This document shows positions 1 to 9,596 of a DNA stretch of 64,000 bases, in pieces. The DNA is from Acidimicrobiales bacterium (GTDB taxonomy: Bacteria; Actinomycetota; Acidimicrobiia; Acidimicrobiales; Bin134). Position 1 is the stretch's first letter. Every line of letters begins with the position of its first letter. Where the stretch lies: NCBI GenBank assembly GCA_963663255.1, contig OY760141.1, positions 1,541,295-1,605,294 on the forward strand. The letters run 5' to 3'. The notes under the pieces were generated by a model, which was not told the DNA's origin, did not search any database, and saw only the letters and a list, made by a program, of their open reading frames with translations. Made by a program: the position numbers and the translations under genes.

Positions 1-183
1 GCGAAATGCCGGAAACCAGTCATCGTGCCGTTCTCGGCCAAAGGTAGGAGGAGCAGCGGTCGGGCCGGTATTTTCGGCGGCGTGGCAGACGGGCGTGGTC
101 GAGGGGCGGTTCCCCGACGAGGGCGGGTCGGGCGCACGGCCAAAGTGGCCGGATTGGGCGCTCGCAGCGGTGGACGATGGGCG

Positions 184-1473
184 ATGGCCAAAGCCCGCCA
201 GGTGTTCGCCGACGCCCAGCGGACCGAAGCCCTCGACGCCGAGCGGGAATTGCGCACTGCGGCCGACGTGGTGGAAGTGCTGGGCAACATGAAGGGCGCG
301 CTGATGAAGATCGGCCAGATGGCCAGCTACCTGGATGTGGGGCTGCCCGAGTCCACCCGGGCTTCTTTGGCCCAGCTCCAGGCCAACGCTCCTCCGATGA
401 GCCCGGCCCTGGCCGAGTCGGTCGTGGCCGCCGAGCTGGGGGCTCCGCCCGGCGAGCTGTTCGAGGAATGGGACCCGGTGCCGATCGCGGCCGCGTCCAT
501 CGGCCAGGTCCATCGGGCCATAACTGCCGACGGCCGGGCCTGCGCGGTCAAGATCCAGTACCCCGGTGTGGCCGAGGCTATCGCTGCCGACCTGGGATCG
601 GCCCGGATGATCTTTCGAGCGCTTTCCGTTCTGTTCCCCGGCCTCGATCCCGCCCCCATAGTGGAGGAGCTGCGCCAGCGGCTCACCGAGGAGCTGGACT
701 ATGAGCACGAGGCGTCCAACCAGCGCCTGTTCTACAACCACTACCGGGGCCACCCCTACATCGCCGTTCCCGAGGTGTACGACGACCTGAGTTCTGCTCG
801 GGTGCTGACCACCGAGCTGGCGGTGGGGGCCACCTTCGAAGAAGTGCTGGGCTGGCCCCAGGATCAGCGCAACCGGGTGGCCGAGACCATCTACCGATTC
901 TCGTTCGGGTCGATCTACCGCTTGTGGGCCTTCAACGGCGACCCCCACCCCGGGAACTACCTCTTCGGTCCCGACGGCTCGGTCGTTTTCTTGGACTTTG
1001 GACTCGTAAAGCGGTTCACCCCAGAGGAGACCGCCCAGTTTGAGCGGATGCTTACCGCCATGGTGATAGACCGCGACATCCCCCGATTCCGGTCCGAACA
1101 AGTGGCCGCTGGACTGCTGCCGGCCGACGCTCCCTTCAGCGACGACGAAGTGGAGGCGTTCTTCACCCATTTCTACGAGTTCGTGCTGACCGACGAGACC
1201 CGGACCTTCACCCCTGAGTACGCCGCTGCGGGGGTGAGGGCCATCTTCAACGCCATCGGCGAGCACGCCGAGTTGAAGAAGGTGCTGAACGTGCCGCCTT
1301 CGCTGGTCGTGCTCCAGCGGATCAATCTCGGCTTGATCTCTCTGTTCGCCCAGCTTGGGGCCACCGCCAACTGGCGGAGAATTGCTGAGGAGCTTTGGCC
1401 GTTCACCGACCGGGCGCCGTCCACCCCCATGGGCCTAGACGCCCAGCCCTGGCGCCAGTCGCTTCAGCAGTAG
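184..1473 (+). CDS. ABC1/UbiB-family atypical protein kinase (AarF/ADCK-like)
   Basis: In-frame part of ORF 25..1473. Family motifs read directly: KIGQMASY, AAASIGQVHRA, CAVKIQYPGV, DPHPGNYLF, FLDFGLV. The 53 residues before Met-184 are Arg/Gly-rich and look non-coding, so ATG 184 is preferred over GTG 25 (start uncertain). Confidence 0.85.
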   Translation: MAKARQVFADAQRTEALDAERELRTAADVVEVLGNMKGALMKIGQMASYLDVGLPESTRASLAQLQANAPPMSPALAESVVAAELGAPPGELFEEWDPVPIAAASIGQVHRAITADGRACAVKIQYPGVAEAIAADLGSARMIFRALSVLFPGLDPAPIVEELRQRLTEELDYEHEASNQRLFYNHYRGHPYIAVPEVYDDLSSARVLTTELAVGATFEEVLGWPQDQRNRVAETIYRFSFGSIYRLWAFNGDPHPGNYLFGPDGSVVFLDFGLVKRFTPEETAQFERMLTAMVIDRDIPRFRSEQVAAGLLPADAPFSDDEVEAFFTHFYEFVLTDETRTFTPEYAAAGVRAIFNAIGEHAELKKVLNVPPSLVVLQRINLGLISLFAQLGATANWRRIAEELWPFTDRAPSTPMGLDAQPWRQSLQQ

Positions 1474-1513
1474 CGAGTAAGAGCCCAATACGTTCCTGGC
1501 CTACGCTGCGGCC

Positions 1514-3760
1514 ATGAGCATTTTGGGCAACGAGGTCAGGCGGGTGGAAGACCCCCGGATGCTGACCGACGGGGGAACATACGTGGCCGACATCCCGGTG
1601 GAAGGGGCGGCCCATGTGGTCTTTGTCCGGTCGCCCATCGCCCACGCCCATCTGCTGTCGGTGGAAACCAGCGAAGCCCGTTCCATGCCCGGCGTTGTCG
1701 AGGTGGTCACCGGCGACGACCTTGACCTAGCCCACCGACCGCCGATGATGGGCGATGCCGCCATGTCCCGCCCCCTGTTGGCCACCGAAAAGGTCCGTTT
1801 TGTCGGTGAGCCCATCGCCGCAGTGGTGGCCGAGACCGTCGTCCAGGCCACCGACGCCGCCGAGGTGGTGTGGGCCGACTACGACCCGCTGCCTGCGGTG
1901 GTCGACGCCGAGAGCGCCGCCGACGGGCCCAAGCTGTTTGACGACGCCGAGTCCAACGTGGCCATCGCCTTCCCCCCGGCAGCCGAGTTGGACTTCAGCG
2001 GCTGTGAGGCGGTGGTCACCCACCGCATCGTCAACTCCAAGATCTACGCCAGCCCCATCGAGGGACGGGTGGCCGCCGCTTCGTGGGCCGAAGACGGGCG
2101 CCTCACCTGCTGGTCGAGCACCCAGGGCGCCCACTCCGCCCAAGGGGCCATTTGCGGCGCACTGGGCCTGGAGCCGTCGCAGGTTCGGGTGATCATTCCC
2201 GATGTGGGTGGCGGATTTGGGACCAAGGCCGCCCCCAGCGCCGAGGAGTGCCTGCTGGGGTGGCTGGCCCGCCGAGTGGGCCGCCCGGTGCGCTGGACCG
2301 AAACCCGCACCGAGAGCCTCCAAGCGCTGGGCCACAGCCGAGCCCAGTTCCAGACCGTGACCCTGGGAGGCACCGCCGACGGCCGCATCACCCACTACCA
2401 CCTGGACATGCTGGCCGACGCCGGGGCCTATCCCGCAGTGGGAGCGCTGCTGCCCACCTTCACCGGGCTCATGGCCCCGGGCAACTACGACATCGAGAAT
2501 GTGGTCTGGTCGGCCACCGCGGTAGCCACCAATACCGCCCCAGTGCAGGCGTTCCGAGGGGCCGGCCGCCCCGAGGCCACCGCGGCCATCGAGCGAGCCG
2601 TAGACCTGTTCGCCGCCGAGATTGACATGGACCCCGCCGAGGTTCGCCGCCGCAACTTCCTCGCTCCCGACGCCTTCCCGCTCACCACCCCCACCGGCGC
2701 GGCCTATGACTCCGGGGACTACCGGTCCACTCTGGAAGCCGCCCTGGAGGCGGCCGACTACGACGGGCTTCGAAGCGAGCAGGCCGCCCGAAGAGAGCGG
2801 GGCGACTCCCAGCTGCTGGGCATCGGTCTAGCCTCCTACGTTGAGGTCACCTCGCCCATGGGTCCGGTCTGCACTGAGACGGGGAGCCTGGAGCTGCGGT
2901 CCGACGGCTCGGTGCTGGCCCGCACCGGTGCCACTCCCTTCGGCCAGGGCCACGTGACCACTCTGTCCATGGTGGTGGCCGACACCTTGGGCATCGATAT
3001 GGACCAAATCGAGATGATCCACGGCGACACCGACGAGATTCCCTCCAGCGACATCACCGGAGGATCCCGCACGGCCCAGATTGCCGGCTCGGCTCTGTTC
3101 GACGCCTCCGAGAAGCTGATCGAGGCGGCCCGCCCACTGGCCGCCGACCTGCTGGAGGCGGCCTCCGCCGACGTGGTGTTGGATTCTGAGACCGGCCAGT
3201 TCCACGTGGTCGGCACCCCGGCCCGGTCGACCGGCTGGGCCGACGTGGCCGCGGCAGCTTCAGAAACCCTGTTCGTGGAGAACGACTTCGAGCAGCACGG
3301 GGCCACCTTCCCGTTCGGCACCCACATAGCGGTAGTGGAGGTAGACGCCGGTACCGGCGAGGTGACCTTGGAGCGGCTGGTGGCGGTGGACGACGCTGGC
3401 ACCCTGCTCAATCCGCTGCTGGCCCACGGCCAGATCCACGGCGGGTTGGCTGCCGGAGCGGCCCAAGCACTAATCGAAGAGGTCCGCTACGACCCCGACG
3501 GCAACCTGCTCACCTCCAACTTCGCCGACTACCCCGTGATCTCCACCACCGAGCTGCCCAGCTTCGAAGTCCACGAGTCGGTCACCCCCACCCCGCTCAA
3601 CCCGCTGGGAGCCAAGGGAATCGGCGAGTCGGGCACGGTGGGCTCCACCCCCGCCGTGCAAAACGCGGTGGTCGACGCCTTGTCCCACCTCGGCATCCGC
3701 CACCTTGACATGCCCGCCTCCCCCCAGAGGGTGTGGTCCGCCATGGAGTCAATCCGCTAG
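1514..3760 (+). CDS. Molybdopterin-binding oxidoreductase large subunit, xanthine dehydrogenase/CoxL family (form-II-like active-site loop)
   Basis: 748-aa ORF. Motifs: N-terminal RVEDPRMLTDGG, PDVGGGFGTK, VQAFRGAGRPEA (form II AYRGAGR-like rather than form I AYXCSFR), C-terminal AKGIGESGTVG. Confidence 0.9.
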   Translation: MSILGNEVRRVEDPRMLTDGGTYVADIPVEGAAHVVFVRSPIAHAHLLSVETSEARSMPGVVEVVTGDDLDLAHRPPMMGDAAMSRPLLATEKVRFVGEPIAAVVAETVVQATDAAEVVWADYDPLPAVVDAESAADGPKLFDDAESNVAIAFPPAAELDFSGCEAVVTHRIVNSKIYASPIEGRVAAASWAEDGRLTCWSSTQGAHSAQGAICGALGLEPSQVRVIIPDVGGGFGTKAAPSAEECLLGWLARRVGRPVRWTETRTESLQALGHSRAQFQTVTLGGTADGRITHYHLDMLADAGAYPAVGALLPTFTGLMAPGNYDIENVVWSATAVATNTAPVQAFRGAGRPEATAAIERAVDLFAAEIDMDPAEVRRRNFLAPDAFPLTTPTGAAYDSGDYRSTLEAALEAADYDGLRSEQAARRERGDSQLLGIGLASYVEVTSPMGPVCTETGSLELRSDGSVLARTGATPFGQGHVTTLSMVVADTLGIDMDQIEMIHGDTDEIPSSDITGGSRTAQIAGSALFDASEKLIEAARPLAADLLEAASADVVLDSETGQFHVVGTPARSTGWADVAAAASETLFVENDFEQHGATFPFGTHIAVVEVDAGTGEVTLERLVAVDDAGTLLNPLLAHGQIHGGLAAGAAQALIEEVRYDPDGNLLTSNFADYPVISTTELPSFEVHESVTPTPLNPLGAKGIGESGTVGSTPAVQNAVVDALSHLGIRHLDMPASPQRVWSAMESIR

Positions 3761-3783
3761 CGGTTGTCCTACTCTTGCGGGCC

Positions 3784-4656
3784 ATGAAGTTCGGCATCGG
3801 TTTCGCAAACATTCTCCATTGGACCACCGCGCAAGGCGCGGTGGAGTTCGGGCAGGCGGCCGAGGCCGCCGGGTTCGACTCGGTGTGGACGGTGGAGCAC
3901 GTGGTGTACCCCGATGAGTACGCCTCGCAATACCCCTACGACCCGACGGGCAAAATGGCGATGACCCCTGACTCGCCGCTGCCCGACCCGCTGATTTGGC
4001 TGACCTGGGTGGCATCGGCCACCACCACGCTGCGGCTGGGCACGGGCATCTTGATATTGCCCCAGCGCAACCCGGTGGTACTGGCCAAGTCGCTGGGCAC
4101 GCTCGACTCCATGTCGGGAGGCCGGGTCACCCTCGGGGTGGGCGTGGGCTGGCTGAAAGAGGAGTTTGAGGCGCTGGGCATCCCGTGGGAGCGCCGGGGC
4201 CAGCGCACCGACGACTACATCGGGGCGATGCGGGCGCTGTGGGACGCGGACAGCACCTCGTTCCAAAGCGACCACGCCTCGTTCTCCGGGGTCAGCGTGA
4301 ACCCCAAGCCGGCCAATGGCCGGGTGCCCATCGTGATCGGCGGCCACTCGAGGGCCGCGGCCCGTCGAGCGGGGCGGCTGGGCGACGGCTTCTGGCCGGG
4401 GCCCCGGGAGGGGGTGTCGATGGCCGAGCTCATTGACGAGATGCGCCAAACTGCGGCTGCGGCAGGACGAGATCCGGAGAGCATTGAAATCACCGTGGGC
4501 TTGCCCAATACGCCGATGGACGACCCTGCCGGGCTCATACAGGAAGTCGCCGACTTGGGAGGAGACCGCCTGATCGTGCCGTCGTTCTTGTTCTTCGCCG
4601 ACACCGCCGAGACGATGGCCGCGTTCGGGGCGCAACTCCAGGACGCGGCCCAATAG
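3784..4656 (+). CDS. Luciferase-like monooxygenase (LLM) class flavin/F420-dependent oxidoreductase
   Basis: ORF 3733..4656. The typical LLM N-terminus MKFGIGF begins at ATG 3784. Also DSVWTVEHV and the GRVTLGVGVGW motif. Confidence 0.85.
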   Translation: MKFGIGFANILHWTTAQGAVEFGQAAEAAGFDSVWTVEHVVYPDEYASQYPYDPTGKMAMTPDSPLPDPLIWLTWVASATTTLRLGTGILILPQRNPVVLAKSLGTLDSMSGGRVTLGVGVGWLKEEFEALGIPWERRGQRTDDYIGAMRALWDADSTSFQSDHASFSGVSVNPKPANGRVPIVIGGHSRAAARRAGRLGDGFWPGPREGVSMAELIDEMRQTAAAAGRDPESIEITVGLPNTPMDDPAGLIQEVADLGGDRLIVPSFLFFADTAETMAAFGAQLQDAAQ

Positions 4657-4687
4657 ACAACATCGAGACCCTTCGACTGGAGGTTCA

Positions 4688-5830
4688 GTGAGCAACATCG
4701 AGCAATGGCACGCCGCCGCCGTAGAGCGAACCGGGCTGGATGACTTCGGCCGCGACGACTATCTCGAGGGCCTGACCGTGCTGGAGGAGTCGCTGGAGGC
4801 CGAGGCCGCCATGACCGACATCGGCCGATTCGCCATAGGCGAGATCATCACCGGGGCCCTCACAGGCCGCCTCAAGGCTGAAGCCGGCCTCCGAGCCCGG
4901 CCTGAGGCAGCCAACGTCAATGTAGAGCGGCCTCTGGTGATCATCGGCCTGCCCCGCACCGGCACCACCGCCTTGCACCAGTTGATGGCGGCCAGCCCCC
5001 ACTTTCAGGGATTGGAGCTGTGGCTGGCCGAGATGCCCCAGCCCCGCCCGCCCCGCGACCAGTGGGAGCAGATCGAGGACTACGTCAATTGCAAGGCCAA
5101 GATGGACGCCATGGCCGAGATGAATCCGGATCAGTCTGCCATCCACTTCCAATCGGCCGAGTTTGTGGACGAGTGCTGGAACTTGTTCCGCCACTCGTTT
5201 GCCAGCGTGACGTTCGAGTGTCTGTTCCGCATCCCTACCTATTCCGCCTGGTGGGCGAACAGCGACATGGGTCCGGCCTACGCCCAGCACCGCCGCAGCA
5301 TCGGGCTGATCGGCGTGGACGAGCCCGATACCTGCTGGCTCCTCAAAGACCCCAGCCATTTGTTCGCTCCTGAGGCGCTGTTTGCCACCTACCCCGACGC
5401 CAACGTGGTGATGACCCACCGCGACCCGCTTAAGGCGGTGGCCTCGGTGTGCAGCCTCACTGGGGTGAGCCGCCAGGGATTCGAGCAGCATCCCGACGAC
5501 ATCGCCCTCGGCGCGGAGCAAACCGAGCTGTGGGCCCGGGGCATCGAGCGGATGCTGGCAGCCCGAGCCGGTCGGGAAGACCGGTTCTACGACCTGCAAT
5601 TCGCCGACTTCCAGACCGACCCGCTGGGCAGCGTGGCCGCCATCTGCGACCGATTCGGCTACCGCTTCGACACCGCCGCCGAGCGGGCCGTGGCCCAATG
5701 GGCCGCCGACCATCCCAAAGGCGAGCACGGCGTCCACGACTACAGCCCCGACCAGTACGGCCTGAGGGCCGAGGTGGTCCACGAGCGCTACGCCGACTAC
5801 ATCGGGGCTTGCGGGGTGGCAGTGGAATGA
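4688..5830 (+). CDS. Sulfotransferase-family protein
   Basis: 380-aa ORF with GTG start. PAPS 5'-phosphosulfate-binding loop GLPRTGTTALHQL and 3'-phosphate-type motif THRDPLKAVAS. Confidence 0.8.
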   Translation: MSNIEQWHAAAVERTGLDDFGRDDYLEGLTVLEESLEAEAAMTDIGRFAIGEIITGALTGRLKAEAGLRARPEAANVNVERPLVIIGLPRTGTTALHQLMAASPHFQGLELWLAEMPQPRPPRDQWEQIEDYVNCKAKMDAMAEMNPDQSAIHFQSAEFVDECWNLFRHSFASVTFECLFRIPTYSAWWANSDMGPAYAQHRRSIGLIGVDEPDTCWLLKDPSHLFAPEALFATYPDANVVMTHRDPLKAVASVCSLTGVSRQGFEQHPDDIALGAEQTELWARGIERMLAARAGREDRFYDLQFADFQTDPLGSVAAICDRFGYRFDTAAERAVAQWAADHPKGEHGVHDYSPDQYGLRAEVVHERYADYIGACGVAVE

Positions 5831-6882
5831 GCGAATTCGATCTGGACAAAAGCTGGGAGGAGTTCTGCGACCTTCTCAGGGACGCAGGCCGACAAGTATT
5901 GGAAGCCGCACCCGACGACGACTTCGACCGGGCTGAGGGGTTGCGCTACGTCACTCGGCTGGCCGCCAACTTCCTGAAGGCCAATCTGGAGGAGGCCGAC
6001 CCGGCCCGGGCCATCCTCAACCAGGCGGGGGTCAAGATCGGCCTGGACAACCCCGACTACGCCTACGGGGGCGCCCGGCTGTCGCCCCGTTTCAACTACC
6101 GGCTGTCGGGTCGCCTCAACGACGCCCACTCCATCCGCATGGGGGCATTCAGCGGCGGCCTGGGCACCCCCGAGGGACTGATCCGCGACAGCTACCTGAC
6201 CACCGAGGATCTTGAGCTGGATACCGACGGCCGATTCGAGGTGGCCATCAGCGCCGAGCCGCAGACCGGACCCTGGCTGGCCATGAAGGAGGGCACCAAC
6301 GCGCTGACCGTCCGCCAGACCCTGCTGGACCGGCCCAACCAGACCCCCGCCGAGATGACCCTAGAGCGGACTGACTCAGGCAGCCCGCCCGAGCCGGTGG
6401 ACCCCGAGCGGCTGGCCGGCGCGCTGGGCCGGGCCGGGTTCACCGTGGCCGCGGTGGTGGGCCAGTTTCTGGGGTGGACGGCCAGCTTTGCCGCCCATAC
6501 CCACGAAGTGCGGCCCATCGACCCCCAGCTCTTGGCCTTCGCCCAGGGCGATCCCGACACGTCGTACAACTACGGCTACTTCGACCTAGGCCCTGATGAG
6601 GCTTGGATCATCGAGTTCGAGCCCCCCGACTGCGAGTACTGGAACATCCAGCTCGGCAACCACTGGCTGGAGTCGCTGGACTTCGAGTATTACCGGACCA
6701 ACCTCAACCACCACACCGCCGCGGTCGAAGACGACGGCACGGTGCGGGTGGTTGTGGCCCGGCGCGATCCCGGCCACCCCAACTGGCTGGACACCGCCGG
6801 CCACGCCCGGGGCGGTTTGGCCCTGCGTTGGGTAGGGGCCGACCACGAGCCCGAGGTTCGCTGCCGGGTAGAAGAGATCTAG
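5827..6882 (+). CDS. DUF1214-type conserved protein of unknown function
   Basis: Real start ATG 5827 overlaps the sulfotransferase stop (ATGA at 5827-5830). Product MSEFDLDKSWEEFCDLLRDAG...GLRYVTRL...YWNIQLGNHW resembles DUF1214 proteins. The upstream part of ORF 5449..6882 is an Arg-rich out-of-frame shadow of the sulfotransferase gene. Confidence 0.7.
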   Translation: MSEFDLDKSWEEFCDLLRDAGRQVLEAAPDDDFDRAEGLRYVTRLAANFLKANLEEADPARAILNQAGVKIGLDNPDYAYGGARLSPRFNYRLSGRLNDAHSIRMGAFSGGLGTPEGLIRDSYLTTEDLELDTDGRFEVAISAEPQTGPWLAMKEGTNALTVRQTLLDRPNQTPAEMTLERTDSGSPPEPVDPERLAGALGRAGFTVAAVVGQFLGWTASFAAHTHEVRPIDPQLLAFAQGDPDTSYNYGYFDLGPDEAWIIEFEPPDCEYWNIQLGNHWLESLDFEYYRTNLNHHTAAVEDDGTVRVVVARRDPGHPNWLDTAGHARGGLALRWVGADHEPEVRCRVEEI

Positions 6883-7814
6883 ATCTCCTGGCTCGGGCGG
6901 CCTGGCCCCTCAGAGGGGTTGCCGCTCATGTCGGCATTGAGCTGGGCCTTGGCCATCAGGTCGGCGACCACCGGCTGGAGGGTAGTGGGGTCTTGGGACT
7001 CTAGGGGGACGTTGGGCCCCAAAGCCCAGCCCTCCGCGATGCCCAACCGGCCGTTGCCCACAACCCACACTCGGCCGGTCACGTTGGCCGCCTCAGGGCT
7101 GCACAGCCAGGTAACGATGGGAGCAATCCAAGTGGGAGACATTGTCTCCTGGAACTCTTCAGAAATGTCATCTCCGCCCATTAGCGGGGCGGTGAGCCGG
7201 GTCAGGGCGCTGGGGGCGATGCAGTTCACCGTGATTCCGTAGCGAACCAGCTCCATGGCCGAGATCACCGTGAAGGCGGCGATTCCCGCTTTGGCCGCGC
7301 CGTAGTTGGTCTGGCCCACGTTGCCGAAGATGCCCGACGGAGATGCGGTGTTGATGATCCGGGCCTGGAAGCTCTGCCCGGCCTTGGTCTGCTCCCGCCA
7401 CCAGGCTGCCGCGTGATGGACCGGGGCGAAGGTGCCCTTGAGGTGCACCTGCACGACCGCGTCCCAGTCGGCCTCGCTCATGGAGAACACCATGCGGTCC
7501 CGCAGGATGCCGGCGTTGTTTATGAGGATGTCCAGCGTGCCAAAGGTGTCGATGGCCTGGTGGATCATGTCCCGGGCGGCATCGAAGTCGCTCACGTCGG
7601 CGCCGTTCACCACCGCCTCGCCGCCCATGGCCCGGATCTCCTCGACCACCTCGCCGGCCGGTCCGGCGTCGCCGCCCCGGCCGTCGGGGTCGGCGCCCAA
7701 GTCGTTGACCACCACCTTGGCGCCGTGGTGGGCCAGCATCAGGGCGTATTCCCGTCCGATGCCCCGTCCTGCTCCGGTTATGACCGCGACCCGTCCTTCA
7801 CAAAGTCTGCTCAT
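6879..7814 (-). CDS. SDR-family oxidoreductase
   Basis: MSRLCEGRVAVITGAGRGIGR (TGxxxGxG), NNAG, YGAAK (YxxxK). ATG at 7814 chosen over the longer ORF start at 7904. The stop shares a CTAG with the convergent DUF1214 gene. Confidence 0.9.
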   Translation of the reverse strand: MSRLCEGRVAVITGAGRGIGREYALMLAHHGAKVVVNDLGADPDGRGGDAGPAGEVVEEIRAMGGEAVVNGADVSDFDAARDMIHQAIDTFGTLDILINNAGILRDRMVFSMSEADWDAVVQVHLKGTFAPVHHAAAWWREQTKAGQSFQARIINTASPSGIFGNVGQTNYGAAKAGIAAFTVISAMELVRYGITVNCIAPSALTRLTAPLMGGDDISEEFQETMSPTWIAPIVTWLCSPEAANVTGRVWVVGNGRLGIAEGWALGPNVPLESQDPTTLQPVVADLMAKAQLNADMSGNPSEGPGRPSQEI

Positions 7815-7873
7815 GATGTCGATCCCTCGTGCTGTCGAGCCCCTTATCCGTTCAAAAGAGCTTCGCCGACGAA

Positions 7874-8746
7874 CTATAGAAGGGCGTCGGCCAGGGTTCG
7901 CCATTGGGCCAGGGGCAGTTCACCTCGGGGAGAGAGCACCTGCACGGCCACGTGGTCGGCGCCGGCGTCGTGGTGGGCCTGGATGCGGGCTTGGATGGTA
8001 TCCAGGTCACCCCAGGCCACGATGGCGTCCACCAGCCGGTCGGACTGCTCGGCCACGTCCTGCTCCGTGAATCCCAGCCGGTAGAGGTTGTTCACGTAGT
8101 TGGGGAGCCCCAGGTACAGGGCCATGTTTTCCCGGGCCAGCGCCCGAGCCGCGTCGGGATCTGTCTCCAGGCACACCTTTTGTTCGGGAGCCAACAGGGC
8201 GTCGGGCCCCATGATCTCCCGGGCAAGGGCGGTGTGCTCCGGGGGCACAAAGTAGGGGTGGGCGCCGGCGGTGCGTTCGGCGGCCAGCGCCAGCATCTTG
8301 GGGCCCAGAGCGGCCAACACCAGCGGCGGGTCGTGCTCGGGGCCGTGCGCCATGTACATGGCCCCCTCCATCTCGTTGAGGTAATCCACCATGAAGGAGT
8401 AGGGCTTGGAGTAGTCAAGCTTGCGGATGCCCTCGATGAACGGGCCGTGGCTTACGCCGATGCCCAGCAGGAACCGGTTGTCGAACGCCTCGGCCACTGT
8501 CTTCTGGGCCGCTGCGGTGGTCATGGGGTGGCGGGCGTGGACCTGCACGATGCCGGTGGCGATCTTCAGCGTGCTGGTGGCCCCTAGCATGACCGACGCC
8601 GACACAAACGGGTCGCGACCCACGGCCTCGGGAATCCACAGCGTGGGCCAGCCCATCTCCTCCAACTCGGCCACGACCTCTCGTACCTGGTTTGAGGGCC
8701 GCTGGTCGAGAACCCCCTGCCACAATCCGATTCTTCCAATATCCAT
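7874..8746 (-). CDS. LLM-class (probably F420-dependent) oxidoreductase
   Basis: MDIGRIGLWQG...GWPTLWIPEAVGRDPF...LLGIGVSH pattern typical of actinobacterial F420-type LLM proteins. Start at ATG 8746. Confidence 0.85.
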   Translation of the reverse strand: MDIGRIGLWQGVLDQRPSNQVREVVAELEEMGWPTLWIPEAVGRDPFVSASVMLGATSTLKIATGIVQVHARHPMTTAAAQKTVAEAFDNRFLLGIGVSHGPFIEGIRKLDYSKPYSFMVDYLNEMEGAMYMAHGPEHDPPLVLAALGPKMLALAAERTAGAHPYFVPPEHTALAREIMGPDALLAPEQKVCLETDPDAARALARENMALYLGLPNYVNNLYRLGFTEQDVAEQSDRLVDAIVAWGDLDTIQARIQAHHDAGADHVAVQVLSPRGELPLAQWRTLADALL

Positions 8747-8807
8747 GAGCGGCGATGGTAATGCCGGCCTATCAACCGGTCGCATCGGCGGTACTACGCT
8801 TCGGGCC

Positions 8808-9596
8808 GTGCCCAGCTATGAGAACTTGCTGTACGAGGAGTCCGACGGGGTGGCGGTGGTCACCTTGAACCGGCCCGAGCGGCTCAACGCCATGGACAAC
8901 ACCTCCTGCGAAGAGCTTCGAGCCTTGTGGGCCCACCTCCGCTACAACGACGACGTGCGGTGTGTGATCCTCACCGCGGCGGGGGACCGGGCCTTCAGCA
9001 CCGGAGTGGACATCACCGGGTCGTGGAAGCAGCCCGCTTCACCGTTCATGGTTGACGACCCGATCTCCACCGTCGGACCCAAATCCAACGACTACTGGCG
9101 CCCGGTGATCGCCGCGGTCAATGGCATGGCCGCCGGGGGCGCGTTCTACCTGCTGGGCGAGGTTGAGTTCATCATCGCCTCCGACAACGCCACATTCTTC
9201 GACCCCCATGTGAGCCACGGCATGCCCGCGGTTAACGAGCCCATGTTCATGCTCCAGCGGATGCCGCTGGGCGAGGTCATGCGGATGTCGCTGCTGGGCC
9301 GCCACGAGCGCATGTCGGCCCAGCGGGCGTTCCAGATCGGGCTGGTGCAGGAGGTGGTTCCGCTGGACGAGTTGATGGATTCGGCCCGCTGGTGTGCCGA
9401 GGCCATCGTGTCGGCGCCCGAGCGACTGGCCGTTGAGGCCACCATGAAGGGGCTGTGGACTGCCCAGTACACGACTTTGGCCAATGCGGTGAACAGCGGG
9501 GTGGCCTTTTTGAGCCTGGCCGGGGCCGAAGAGGAGATAACCGAGAAGGCCCGAGGCATCAAGGAGCAGACCAGGATCGAGCCCCGCATCCGATGA
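8808..9596 (+). CDS. Enoyl-CoA hydratase/isomerase (crotonase) family protein
   Basis: VAVVTLNRPERLNAMD and AVNGMAAGGAF crotonase signatures. GTG 8808 preferred; ATG 8745 is possible but would overlap the divergent gene start. Confidence 0.85.
   Translation: MPSYENLLYEESDGVAVVTLNRPERLNAMDNTSCEELRALWAHLRYNDDVRCVILTAAGDRAFSTGVDITGSWKQPASPFMVDDPISTVGPKSNDYWRPVIAAVNGMAAGGAFYLLGEVEFIIASDNATFFDPHVSHGMPAVNEPMFMLQRMPLGEVMRMSLLGRHERMSAQRAFQIGLVQEVVPLDELMDSARWCAEAIVSAPERLAVEATMKGLWTAQYTTLANAVNSGVAFLSLAGAEEEITEKARGIKEQTRIEPRIR

Noticed and set aside
25-183. N-terminal 53 codons of the ABC1 kinase ORF
   Set aside because: The Arg/Gly-rich stretch has no similarity to the kinase family, so it is probably non-coding leader. 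It is kept only as a start-site uncertainty.
5449-5826. Upstream 126-codon extension of the DUF1214 ORF
   Set aside because: It overlaps the sulfotransferase gene in another frame and is Arg/Pro-rich. A clean ATGA-coupled start exists at 5827.
8421-8807. Upstream extension of the crotonase ORF (8421..9596)
   Set aside because: It is antisense to the LLM gene 7874-8746. Crotonase similarity starts near 8808.
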